A stretch of 64,000 bases of DNA from Ostrea edulis (lineage: Eukaryota): positions 13,888,001-13,952,000 of the forward strand of contig NC_079166.1 of NCBI RefSeq assembly GCF_947568905.1, in the 5' to 3' direction. Below, piece by piece: positions 1 to 10,107 of the stretch (within the stretch, counting starts at the first letter, position 1; each line of letters begins with the position of its first letter). The notes beneath the pieces were generated by a model that ran no database searches, was not told the origin of the DNA, and was given only the letters and a program-made list of their open reading frames with translations. Made by a program: the position numbers and the translations under genes.

Positions 1-229
1 GATTGTTAGGCCGTTCTTGGCACACTGATTTTGACTACGGATAACTCCATTTACCTGATCAGGATATAGGGCTCACGGCGGGTGTGACCGGTCGACAGGG
101 GATGCTTACGCCTCCTAGGCACCTGATTCCACCTCTGGTGTGTTCAGGGGTCCGTGTTTGCCCAACTCTCTATTTTGTATTGCTTATAGGAGGTATGAGA
201 TTGATCACTGTTCGTTATCTTCACATTTT
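1..229 (+). mobile_element. Penelope-like element (PLE) 3' terminal fragment
   Basis: Same terminal sequence (gatatagggctcacggcgggtgtgaccgg...gagattgatcactgttcgttatcttc) recurs at 8640-8879, 45720-45865 and 46690-46857. At 6855-8313 and 44880-45865 it follows degenerate PLE-type RT coding sequence. Confidence 0.75.
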
Positions 230-830
230 ATACATGTGTTTAAATATATATAATTGAAAAGAATAACCACTAATGGGTTGGTTTCACAGTGATAAGAATT
301 TTGAATGAGATATCTTATAAATACTGCTACTTTTTACCAAAAATGGACCTCCATAAAATTTCCCTTGGCTATGATAGGAGAAAATCGCGATCTTTCCGTG
401 GAGGATAAAATTGCTATATAGCTAGTTTTCCATGGGAGAATTGAATGGGTATTGGGAAAGGCTAGTACTCTTCAACACCGGAACCAAATGATAGTTATTT
501 AAAGTTTCGGCGATACTACCAGAACCAAAGTTAATCGACATAAACTTTATTTAAAAGGTCCACAGTAGCCTATGTTCAAATACAGGTTTAATGGTTCAGG
601 CTACACTGACTTGTACCTTTCTCATGTACCTTGGGAAAAGTAGATAATATAACTTTAGTACATACGGTTCCTTGCTATGTTAAACATATACAAGAACATG
701 TAGGTGTACTTTGCTTAACATTTTTTTCAAAATACCCACTAAGGAAATAAAAAAAATTAGGAAGATGAAAATAAACTTGATCGCGTGCAGACAAATACTA
801 ATACGAGCTCTAGAAAACAAATCAGAACAG

Positions 831-1010
831 CTAGAGAACTTAATCCTGTATAGACACAAATACAAACTTCAGCAGCTAGAGTACTCAATCCTGTATAAAC
901 ACAAATACAAACTTCAGGATCTAGGGTACTTAATCCTGTATAGACACAGATACAAACTTCAGAAAACAAATCCGAGGAACTAGAGTGCTTAATCGTGTAT
1001 CTAAGACTCA
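831..1010. repeat. 45-bp tandem repeat, 3 copies plus a degenerate fourth
   Basis: Unit ctagagaacttaatcctgtatagacacaaatacaaacttcagcag starts at 831, 876 and 921. It explains the repetitive ORFs 711..983 and 757..1050. Confidence 0.85.
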
Positions 1011-1075
1011 AATACAATCTAGAACTTCGAACTTGTTTTTTAAAATTCATTTACAAATAAACAAGATCAACTTAC

Positions 1076-1135
1076 CTTCACAATTATAAACGTGTAGTAA
1101 AGCTGAATTAACAAAATGAAGCAGCGAGTCTTCAT
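1076..1135 (-). CDS. Putative first coding exon (signal peptide MKTRCFILLIQLYYTFIIVK) of a secreted or membrane protein gene continuing off the left edge
   Basis: ATG at 1135, 20 codons with a basic N-terminus and hydrophobic core, then a consensus donor AAG|GTAAGT in phase 0. It mirrors the first exon at 20451-20386. Confidence 0.55.
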
Positions 1136-1589
1136 CACTTTCCAATATTCACGCAAGGAGGCTCAAGAAAGGAGATGTGCATGCATTGGAAATAATTTTC
1201 TATCTAGCAATCGCTACCCCCTTAATAAGTGACATAATCTTCAAGAACTCATTAAATAGAAAGTAGGAAGTTATTTTCTGTTGAATGCTATGGTCACCCA
1301 CTTGGGAAACGTGTGTAAAAATAAGAAGAAATCCTTTCGGTCCGATGACAATTAAGAACCTTTTCAGCAATACATTTTTTATATTTCTGATTTTCAAATT
1401 CGCATGGGTGTTATTGAACTTGATATATGTTTTGGTTTCATCTTTGTTTCTGTTCTTTTATTTCGAATTTGATGGCACATAATCCCTTCCATATTTCAGA
1501 GAATCAAAATCGAAAGTAGAATTAAAAGCAACGATTGTTTGTGTATCGTATCGCTGTGATACTAACAGTCTGATGTGAATCACTGCATC

Positions 1590-2202
1590 ATGTCGTCGGT
1601 CCCTCTTCTATCTAACAACGACGATGAAGACGAAATAACTGGAGCTGTGGAAATATCTTTACATTCTTTAAATCATGAAGCAAATGAAATTGTTGAATAT
1701 TTCGACGATAAGGATGCAGAAGAAACAGAAGTGAAATCTTTGATCCAGCAAGACATTGCAGAGGCAGCTAAAGGTAACATACCACCCCTACCCCCGGGAA
1801 AGAAGTACCATCTATTTGTGTCTTACAGCTCAGAAGATAGGGAAGCTGCCAATACAATACGCGATCAGATGGAAAGAAGATTTCACCTCAAATGTATGGA
1901 CTTTGAAAGAGATTTTATTCCTGGGAAAAACATAGATAAGAATATTGCTGATGAAATGCTTCATAGTGTCAAAGTTCTCTTAATTTTAAGCCCATTCTAT
2001 ATTCAGAGTTTTTGGTGTGTTACTGAAGCACGCGAAGCATGCAACCTCTCTTTCACGGATGTCGAAAATCTAAATGTTATCCCACTACTATTAAGACCAT
2101 TGGAGAAGGATTTGCCGCCTTTCCTAAAATCTTATGTTTACATCGATGCTCAAAAAGAACTAGACGTTCCTGCGAAAATTTTTGAAGCCTTCAATCACCC
2201 TG
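1590..2202 (+). CDS. Paralog 1 exon 1: acidic N-terminus plus complete TIR domain
   Basis: TIR motifs KYHLFVSYSSED, DFIPG, VLLILSPFY, SFWCVTEA, VIPLLL; donor G|GTGAGT (phase 1). Confidence 0.93.
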
Positions 2203-5200
2203 GTGAGTTTATTTTTATATTTCAATTTCGATAATTCTATTCATGAAATCTTAGAATAAAACATATTTTACATATTTCTTTTTCACAGGATCTGTGGACC
2301 CATTACATCAAGATAGGTCAGGTAAGTTTCTAATAGGTTAAATTGCTGGGACAAAATATGATTTTGTACAACACAGATACCTGTAAGACTTTAGGATTTG
2401 CTATTATTTAGTGAACATTTTGCACCGATATATAATTGTATTTCAAATGACATAATTCACATCATTAGATTTCTAGAGTGATATACAAAGCTATGGATTA
2501 TTATGAACGCATTGTAAAATTGGATTGGTAATTGATTGTAGTTTTGCATAATTTTTAGTGTGACTCGTGTCAAAGGTATTAAGAAATGGTGAAATTTCAT
2601 GGTACCGTACTATTGTAGTAAATTGTAACTTTAAAATTCAAGATCACATTTCAATCACGGGTATTCTAAAACATCAACTTTTAATATAAACAACTGTGCT
2701 GTTGTGAAGTTTTGATAAAATCCTCCTCAACAGGTAGTGGCAGTTCCATCACCAAACGCTCGTAATCAAGGGTTAATGTCACGGGTCCTCAGAGATGACA
2801 TTAAAAACGGATGTCCCGTGTCTCAGTAGGTGTGCCACGCTAAAGATCCCTCCCTGCTCAATGGCCGTAAGCGCCGAGCATAGGCCTAAATTTGAGTCCC
2901 TTCACCGGCATTGGTGACGTCTCCATATGAGTGCAAAATTCTCAAGAGGACAAAAACAAGATACAATCAATCAATACAATTTATGTATGATACCATGAAC
3001 TTCCTCTGTACATGTGCATTTCCAAGACATACATCATACTTCCAACAACCGTTACATTTAAGAAAAATACAAAATGCGGACTCTTATGGCAATCATTTTA
3101 ATTTTTTCGAAATTGGGGATAAACAGGACGACATGCAACGACATATGCTCGAACGATTGATTTCTCCGTCATCATTACGTTGTTTTAAATTGTCCGCAAT
3201 TATAAAGCATTTACAAGTGTATTGAATTTTAATAAAAATACTAGATATTAGCTCGATTTTCCAACCGTGATAATATACAATGCTTCACCACAACAATGTG
3301 TCATAATTTCGTTTCAGCCTCCACATACAACAATGATAACGGTGTTCTTCTATGCAGAAAAATTGCTTGCAAGACAAGGTATGCAGAGCATGGCCTGGCC
3401 TTCAGATTCCAGCCGTTTGAAGAATACGAAGAACAAAGGATCAGTTTATTTGACGTGGACTTAGTAGAGGTTCAGACCATTTCACCTGCTATTCACAAAT
3501 ATCAAACTAAATATTTAACAGAGACCATATGGCCTTAAAGCAATATTAGCTCTAAATTTGAAAATCTTACTTTGTTGTAAACATACTATTATGATAGTTT
3601 GTATACAACTTTAACTATAATCATTATAGATAAAATTAAAGCTATAGTGAATCAGTTCCTTTAATACAAATATATGAAATGAATTCATTATAAAAGCTAA
3701 AGCACTTTAAATATGAATGATATAGACTTTGATGCAATGCAATAATATCACTATATATGTATATGGATAGCGCGCCAAATACCTAGTTGGTAAACACTAT
3801 GTTTCAAGTCTGTCTGATAGACCAAAAGCATAAAAACAAATTGTATAAATATCGATAATTAAAAAAACCAAAATGGATTCCTAATCATGTGAAATGCAAG
3901 TATAGAAAATTATACTGAAAACCTAAACCGTTTTTGTATGACAATAACTAATTCCAAATAGTAGAATATCAAATCCCCCCCCCCAAAAAAAAAACCCCAC
4001 GAAACAACAAAGTAAAACAACATACAAACAAATAGAATATATATAGAAAACAAATGCTTTACAATGTATTTTAATTGTTTCTGTTTCAGTGTGATCATCA
4101 CTACAGTGCTGTAACAAAGGACTTGAACGCCCGATGCCTTTTCCGGAATTATCCTGTCCTGACGTCTGTTAAATGGCGATGTGCAGCAATCTTTTTCCTG
4201 TTCCTAAGTACTTTAGGGATTTCTTTGACATTGTTTCAATTGAGCACTATTCCGGGAAGCATATTATATCATCGAACAGCGAGGATTACAATCATAATTC
4301 TCGGACTGACCGTTTTGTGTTCTATGTGTCCTTGTGGATTTTTTATCATATACATTTGGAGAAGAATAGTACGTCTCTCTCTCTCTCCCTCTCTCTCTCT
4401 CTCTCTCCCTCTCTCTCTCTCCCTCTCTCTCTCTCTCCCCCCCCTCTCTCTCTGTGAGAAACTTCCGGATGATTTGTGAAGTCTTTGTTGACTGGATATG
4501 AACTAATTATTTGTTGTATTACAGCTCTCTACATACACACACTCCGTTGTCCTACAACACAACCTGGCCTTCTACAGAAGCAGTAAATGTTTGATGTATT
4601 TTGACAACTCTACTGATCTCTCAAAACCTACGGTATCCTTAAAACAAGTAACACAAACAACCCTAGAAATCAGCTCTACTGGAGTGATCTACACGTGAAA
4701 TGTAATAGCTATTTCATTCGTAATAATCATGACTTTTCCCCATTTTGATGTAATTTTGATAAGCTACTACACTTAAAACAGATGTAGAGGAAGCGACACA
4801 GTTCAACAGTAATATTTTAGTTTATGGTTTATGTAAAGGACAAAATATTGATTTTTTTTCATTTTCCTTTACATGTAACATAGCTTTATATCTTCAGATA
4901 CGATACTACTGAATGTGAGGTAAGAAAACCGATCGTTTTGCATCAAATTTAGGTCGATCTAATGAATCAACTCTCTCTCTCTCTCTCTCTATTGGTAAAG
5001 TTTGATGTATTTGACGTTTTAATACAAATTCTTATACAATTTAACAGAAATATCTGGTGTCTTTGTTGAAGAAAAATGTACCAGCTTTGGATATGGATAT
5101 CGCTGAGGTATTTTCGTGTTGTTTGTAATATACACACTTGCAACGTAGATGTTTTTGATGAAAAACATTTTGAAAGCCATACCATTTTATTATATGATTG

Positions 5201-6297
5201 AATGATTCCTAGCTCTCTAATTGGCTGAGATTCAACAATGTAGAAATCATACTACGTTATGTTTACCTGCACGTGACCTTCCAGGTGAACATAAGGAATT
5301 ATTTTTTCCACATGGACCAAAAAATAGGTCGGGAACTTCCAATTTGACGCGATCGATTATACTTATTTTTGCCGTCCAATGAAATTCCGCGTTTCTCACT
5401 GGGTTCGGCTAAGATTTCAGCAGGTTTGTTTTCCGGTCGTCATATTAACAATCTTGAAGGTTTTTTTAATCATTTAATCATATAATAAAACAATTAGTGC
5501 TGTTTTTGAGGTCAATACGATCATTTAGCCACCTTCGAAGTACAATATTCACCTTGCCCTTCGGGCTCGGTGAATATTGTACTACTCAGGTGTCTAAATC
5601 ATCGTATTGACCTCTAAAACAGCAATAATTGTATAGTATTCCGTGATAAACTGCATATTTGATGTATAAGGTCAATCAATGTCACATGTAATAAAGAACA
5701 TATTTCCTTATGAATTGATATGCAATATTTCGCATTCGAAATTTATGTTCATAAATTGGTTATCTTAAGGAGTACTCTACATAGTCATAATGGCTGACGT
5801 CCTTGACATGGTGGAAAATATAAGTATCAGCAATATTTGTCTATTCATTTAACAAATTCTCGCCCAGCCGAGTAACTCAGTAGGTTAACACGTCGATTGC
5901 TGAACTGTAGATCGCGTGTTCAAGTCCAGCAGGGGTTTAAATTTTTCTCAGATTGATTTCAAATAAAACTGTAATTTTTGACTAAATGAAGTAAATTTGA
6001 AAGTTTTCAATTTCAAAATATTGTTGCACATATCCTCCTCTTTTCATCCATATCAAATTTCTCTGGTGTAGCATACCTCCTTAAAAAGGTCTGATAACAT
6101 TTCTCCAGGATATAGCTAAGAGATTCATTGAAGAAAAATTGAGAGAAGTACAGAAAATAAATGGCTTAATCCATTGGATGACATTACCAGAGAGTGCAAC
6201 TAATCGTCACCGAACGAGGAACTACCGGGCCTGTCTTTGTGAAATGATGGAGGACTCTGTCAACAAGCGATATAAAACTTCTGTTATCGAGGTCTAA
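1590..6297 (+). CDS. TIR-domain / TMEM268(DUF4481)-like 2-TM fusion protein, paralog 1 (8 exons, 489 aa)
   Basis: join(1590-2202,2289-2321,3318-3469,4090-4368,4525-4632,4884-4919,5048-5107,6109-6297) = 1470 nt, open frame, all GT-AG. Every exon has a same-phase counterpart in paralog 2. Confidence 0.88.
2289..2321 (+). CDS. Paralog 1 exon 2 (GSVDPLHQDRS)
   Basis: tttcacag acceptor, G|GTAAGT donor; homologous to 27594-27623 (GSIDPLFRSG). Confidence 0.85.
2733..2975 (+). mobile_element. 5'-truncated SINE (central conserved-domain type, (CAAT)n tail)
   Basis: Shares ...cccgtgt...cacgctaaagatccctccctgctcaatggcc...gtgacgtctccatatgagt and a caat tail with copies at 52420-52760 and 58634-58900. 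Confidence 0.7.
3318..3469 (+). CDS. Paralog 1 exon 3 (ASTYNNDNGVLLCRK...DVDLVE)
   Basis: tttcag acceptor, GAG|GT donor; homologous to 29169-29323. Confidence 0.85.
4090..4368 (+). CDS. Paralog 1 exon 4: two transmembrane helices
   Basis: tttcag acceptor; two hydrophobic stretches ending CPCGFFIIYIWRR; ATA|GTACGT donor; homologous to 31687-31959. Confidence 0.88.
4375..4452. repeat. (CT)n microsatellite in intron 4 of paralog 1
   Basis: Direct reading. Confidence 0.95.
4525..4632 (+). CDS. Paralog 1 exon 5 (LSTYTHSVVLQHNLAFYRSSKCLMYFDN...KPT)
   Basis: ttacag acceptor, ACG|GTATCC donor; homologous to 37403-37507. Confidence 0.82.
4884..4919 (+). CDS. Paralog 1 exon 6 (LYIFRYDTTECE)
   Basis: aacatag acceptor, GAG|GTAAGA donor; homologous to 37597-37632 (LNIFKYDASECR). 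Confidence 0.85.
5048..5107 (+). CDS. Paralog 1 exon 7 (KYLVSLLKKNVPALDMDIAE)
   Basis: ttaacag acceptor, GAG|GTATTT donor; same length (60 nt) as 44792-44851. Confidence 0.82.
5190..5636. mobile_element. Non-autonomous element ending in a long palindrome (Crypton-like by structure)
   Basis: ~65-bp inverted arms 5488-5636 around ttgcccttcgggctc. The superfamily assignment is inference. Confidence 0.5.
5769..6080. mobile_element. TTAA-flanked MITE containing a tRNA-like segment (Kolobok/piggyBac-type TSD)
   Basis: ttaa|ggagtactctaca...tgtagcatacctcc|ttaa; second copy at 36585-36967. Confidence 0.75.
6109..6297 (+). CDS. Paralog 1 exon 8 (terminal; LPESATNRHRTRNYRACLCEMME...VIEV*)
   Basis: ttctccag acceptor, TAA at 6295-6297; homologous to 46181-46378. 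Confidence 0.9.
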   Translation, partial: DIAKRFIEEKLREVQKINGLIHWMTLPESATNRHRTRNYRACLCEMMEDSVNKRYKTSVIEV

Positions 6298-6854
6298 TGC
6301 AGATTAAGTGAATAATTACCAATGGTGGATACATTTCAACATTACGAATTAAGAAACTGTACAAAGTTCTAAACAGTACACATACTTTCTACATTGTGAT
6401 ATCAATTATATCAGCATTTCATTAGATATGGTGTGTAAAGAAGATATTCTTGTCTGGGGTAATTTAGAATAGAAATGATTTAACTTCCCTATATGTTGTA
6501 TGTAAGTGTCTGGTCAGCTACCGGTGGTTTTACTGACCCTAAGGATCCGCGATTTGATAAACATAACTTGTGACTAAAGGAGGATATTTATATAATATTG
6601 TAACAGAGGCCGTAGTCTTGCATACAGATTAATGTGTTGACATGATGTAGCTTGTTCTTGATTACAATATTCTTAGATAAATCATACACGAAAGGAAAAT
6701 AAACAGCTGGTTCTTCAATAAAAGTGGAAAACGGAAATAGTCATGTCTTGTGATCAGTCCTCCTAAAAAGTTATTTTGTTAAATTCTTTTCTGATTCTAC
6801 TCACACGTACTCTGAAATTGGTATTACAGTACAGAGATGCCGGGGTTCCTTTAA

Positions 6855-8313
6855 GTAGTCTTTGATGATCAGGTCTTCCAATACTCTGTTGGAATTCCCA
6901 TGGACATGAATTATGCTCCTTTATTACCAATCTGTTTTTATATTCTTACGTGGCAGAATTTATTCAAAAGCTTCCACGTGAAAAGAAAAAAAAGATGTCT
7001 TGCTGTGGCCTTCAGCTCGATATTTAGATATATCTACAATGTTTTATTTTTTGACATGTATTTTCATTAATATGTCAATTCGATATCCCAGTGAATTCAA
7101 AATAAAAAAACCCCATCTGTTTCATATTTACATATTGTATTGAATATAGAAGTCAACGACAAACTAACAACTCAACTTTATGACAAACGGGATGATTTCA
7201 GCTTCTCCATGTCAACTTCCCATATTTGTGTAGCAATATTCCATTGTCACCTGCATATTGTGTGTTTATCTATAACTCATTCGATACGCAAAAGCATGTT
7301 TCTGCTGATGATAAGTGTTTAAAGCGAGTCAGGCTACTGACAATGAAGTTGATGTTACAGAGGTTTCAACTACATCATTTACTGTCAGCATTTTCGCAAA
7401 TTATATGGTCGTATAACGGTCTAGTTCGTCAATACAACCTATCATTGGGTCAAATGCTGTCTCACGGTCTAATTTATAAATACAGCCTGTCAAGAGCTTG
7501 CATGCAGTCTGACGTGTTTGATAGTCAGATACCAATTGATAGACCGTTCTTTACATACTATTTTCGACCACGGATTATTAAAATATAGGCCTCATGGCGG
7601 GTGTGACGAGTCACCAGGGGATCCTTACTCCTCTAATGTAACAGATCCCATCAGGGGATCCTTACTCCTCTAATGTAACAGATTCCACCAGGGGATCCTT
7701 ACTCCTCTAATGTAGCAGATCCCACCAGGGGTTCCTTACTCCTCTAATGTAGCAGATCCCACCAGGGGTTCCTTACTCCTCTAATGTGGCAGATCCCACT
7801 AGGGGTTCCTTACTCCTCTAATGTAACAGATCCCACCAGGGGATCCTTACTCCTCTAATGTAACAGATCCCACCAGGGGATCCTTACTCTAATGTAACAG
7901 ATCCCACCAGGGGATCCTTACTCCTCTAATGTGGCAGATCCCACCAGGGGTTCCTTACTCCTCTAATGTGGCAGATCCCACCAGGGGATCCTTACTCCTC
8001 TAATGTAACAGATCCCACCAGGGGATCCTTACTCCTCTAATGTAACAGATCCCACCAGGGGATCCTTACTCCTCTAATGTAACAGATCCCACCAGGGGAT
8101 CCTCACTCCTCTAATGTGGCAGATCCCACCAGGGGATCCTTACTCCTCTAATGTAACAGATCCCACCAGGGGATCCTTACTCCTCTAATGTGGCAGATCC
8201 CACCAGGGGATCCTTACTCCTCTAATGTAACAGATCCCACCAGGGGTCCATGTTTGCATTCTTTATTATAGGAATCATGAGATTAATCAGTGTTCGGTAT
8301 CTTCATTTCTTCA
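6855..8313 (+). mobile_element. Degenerate Penelope-like RT fragment with 3' terminus
   Basis: Frameshifted RT motifs (GIPM, LYDKRDDFSF, SNIPLSPAY, KRVRLLTMKLMLQ) followed by the PLE terminal sequence. Resembles Naiad-type PLEs (from memory). Confidence 0.75.
7612..8248. repeat. 37-bp minisatellite, about 17 copies
   Basis: Unit ggggatccttactcctctaatgtaacagatcccacca repeated head-to-tail with no spacers. Confidence 0.95.
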
Positions 8314-8559
8314 TAGAGACTCGAAATTGATTTAGATACTATTTACTGTGTAATACAGTTTACTACATTGTACATGTAAGATTTTGCATTCAGATGGGAA
8401 AACTTTTGATTGTAAACTTATTAAGTGAACCCTTCTGTACGGAAAAGCCAAAAACATCATATATGATTCTCTCGGGTTTCAACCACACATCAGGTGAGAT
8501 AAGTTTCGGCAAACCTAACGGGGATACATGCTCTTTCTTCATAGTATGTTAAATGTATA

Positions 8560-8879
8560 ATATTCGCAAATTCTATGGTCGTTATACCGATCTAGTTCGT
8601 CAATACAACCTATCATTGGGTCAAATGCTGTCTGACGTGTTTCATACCGATTGTTAAGCCGTTCTTGGCACACTGATTTTGACTGCAGATAACTCCGTTT
8701 ACCTGAACAGGATATAGGGCTCACGGTGGGTGTGGCCGGTCGACAGGGGATGCTTACTCCTCCTAGGCACCTGATCCCACCTCTGGTGTGTCCAGGGGTC
8801 CGTGTATGCCCAACTATCTATTTTGTATTGCTTATAGGAGTTATGAGATTGATCACTGTTCGTTATCTTCACCTTTCAT
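8560..8879 (+). mobile_element. Penelope-like 3' fragment
   Basis: Near-identical to 1-229 and to the RT end at 7395-7600. Confidence 0.75.
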
Positions 8880-9804
8880 AAAGAAAAACTGTCAAAGAAT
8901 GGGTATGGTTTTTCAATGTTTATTACAGTTAGCCCCGTAATCCCAATAGGGGACGAATTAGTTGTTATTTTCTACTGAATATCGGGTTGTGAAATATTCT
9001 GAAGATTGTATTAATTTCAGAGATTATCCAACATTCTGAGACTCTGAATGGTTAGGGATCTTTAATATCACACTTTATTATACTCCCCGAAAAAATTCGG
9101 GGAAGCATATAGTCGTGTCCATCTGGCCTTCCGAGTTCATATCTCCTACACCTTTCTTCAGAAATTGATATAATTGATCACAAATGTTCCTAGCGACAAG
9201 TGCTTGTGGACCAAGGTCCCTCAAGGTCATTTTGAAAAGTTCAATATTACTCGAAAGATAAAATAGTTCCTTACTTCAACAGTTTTTAATATAAAAGTTT
9301 CCATCACTTAAACCTTTCATTAGAAATTGATCACAAATATTCATTGGGACAGGGACTTTGGGACCAAGGTCATTTTGGAAAGGTCAAGGTCACTCGGAAA
9401 ATATAACTTATATGAGGAATGTTTCTTATTTCAACAGTTTCTGAAATAGTTCATTTGTTAGATGCAGTTCAGGGAACATCCATCAGTTTTACTGATATTC
9501 TTGTTTGTTTTCCTTTGTAACGATTTGTACAGAATAGCCCTGTAGTTTCACCGTTTCAGTGAGGTAGTGATGTAATGCAATTCCCATAATACACTAAATT
9601 CAATCGAAAAAAATATGTTCCTCAATCTATCTTGTTAACTATCAGCAGAATTTGCACAGACACATCCATTCAACAGCACATTAGATATCAGATTTATTAG
9701 AATATTTCCTGAATACAAATTAGAATGCCTCGTTCATACTTTTCTTCTGCGGTACACAGGAAGCTGTATGTGCATGCAGTCAGTTCACGAAGAAAGGAAT
9801 TAAT

Positions 9805-9849
9805 TCAGCCTGTCTGCAGCTCCTCTTCAATAAGATTACATGAATATTC
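9805..9849 (-). CDS. Cys-rich receptor, terminal exon (EYSCNLIEEELQTG*)
   Basis: atgtttcag acceptor, phase 0, TGA at 9807-9805. Confidence 0.65.
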   Translation of the reverse strand, partial: EYSCNLIEEELQTG

Positions 9850-10038
9850 CTGAAACATAACAAGAACATGCTGTTACAGTGTATTATGATGTCACTGTCA
9901 CTCTCTATGAGATTGATCACTGTTCGTTATTTTCACCTTTCATCACTCCAGTCTAGAAGTGAGTGCATCGGAAATATTCATTTCTTTTGAATACGATACA
10001 GATTTTGTAAAATAAAAATTGAACGGAGATTGAGAAAT

Positions 10039-10107
<69 letters not shown>

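Noticed and set aside
1-229. Hammerhead ribozyme in the Penelope-like termini
   Set aside because: No CTGANGA...GAAA core on either strand of the fragments present.
4369-4479. SLSLSL tail of ORF 4075..4479 (also 4173..4457, 9943..10317, 37040..37294)
   Set aside because: These are read-through into intronic CT, TA or TAG microsatellites.
5866-5935. tRNA genes (also ~25060-25143, 36695-36815, 52420-52490)
   Set aside because: They have A/B-box-like motifs but run into SINE or MITE bodies; I could not form a clean cloverleaf.
1590-6297. TIR-STING or TLR/IL-1R identity
   Set aside because: There is no LRR or Ig ectodomain, the TIR is N-terminal, and the C-terminus shows TMEM268-like rather than STING cyclic-dinucleotide-binding features.
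7612-8248. CRISPR-like array of 37-bp repeats
   Set aside because: The units are contiguous with no unique spacers, derive from a retroelement end, and lie in a eukaryotic context.
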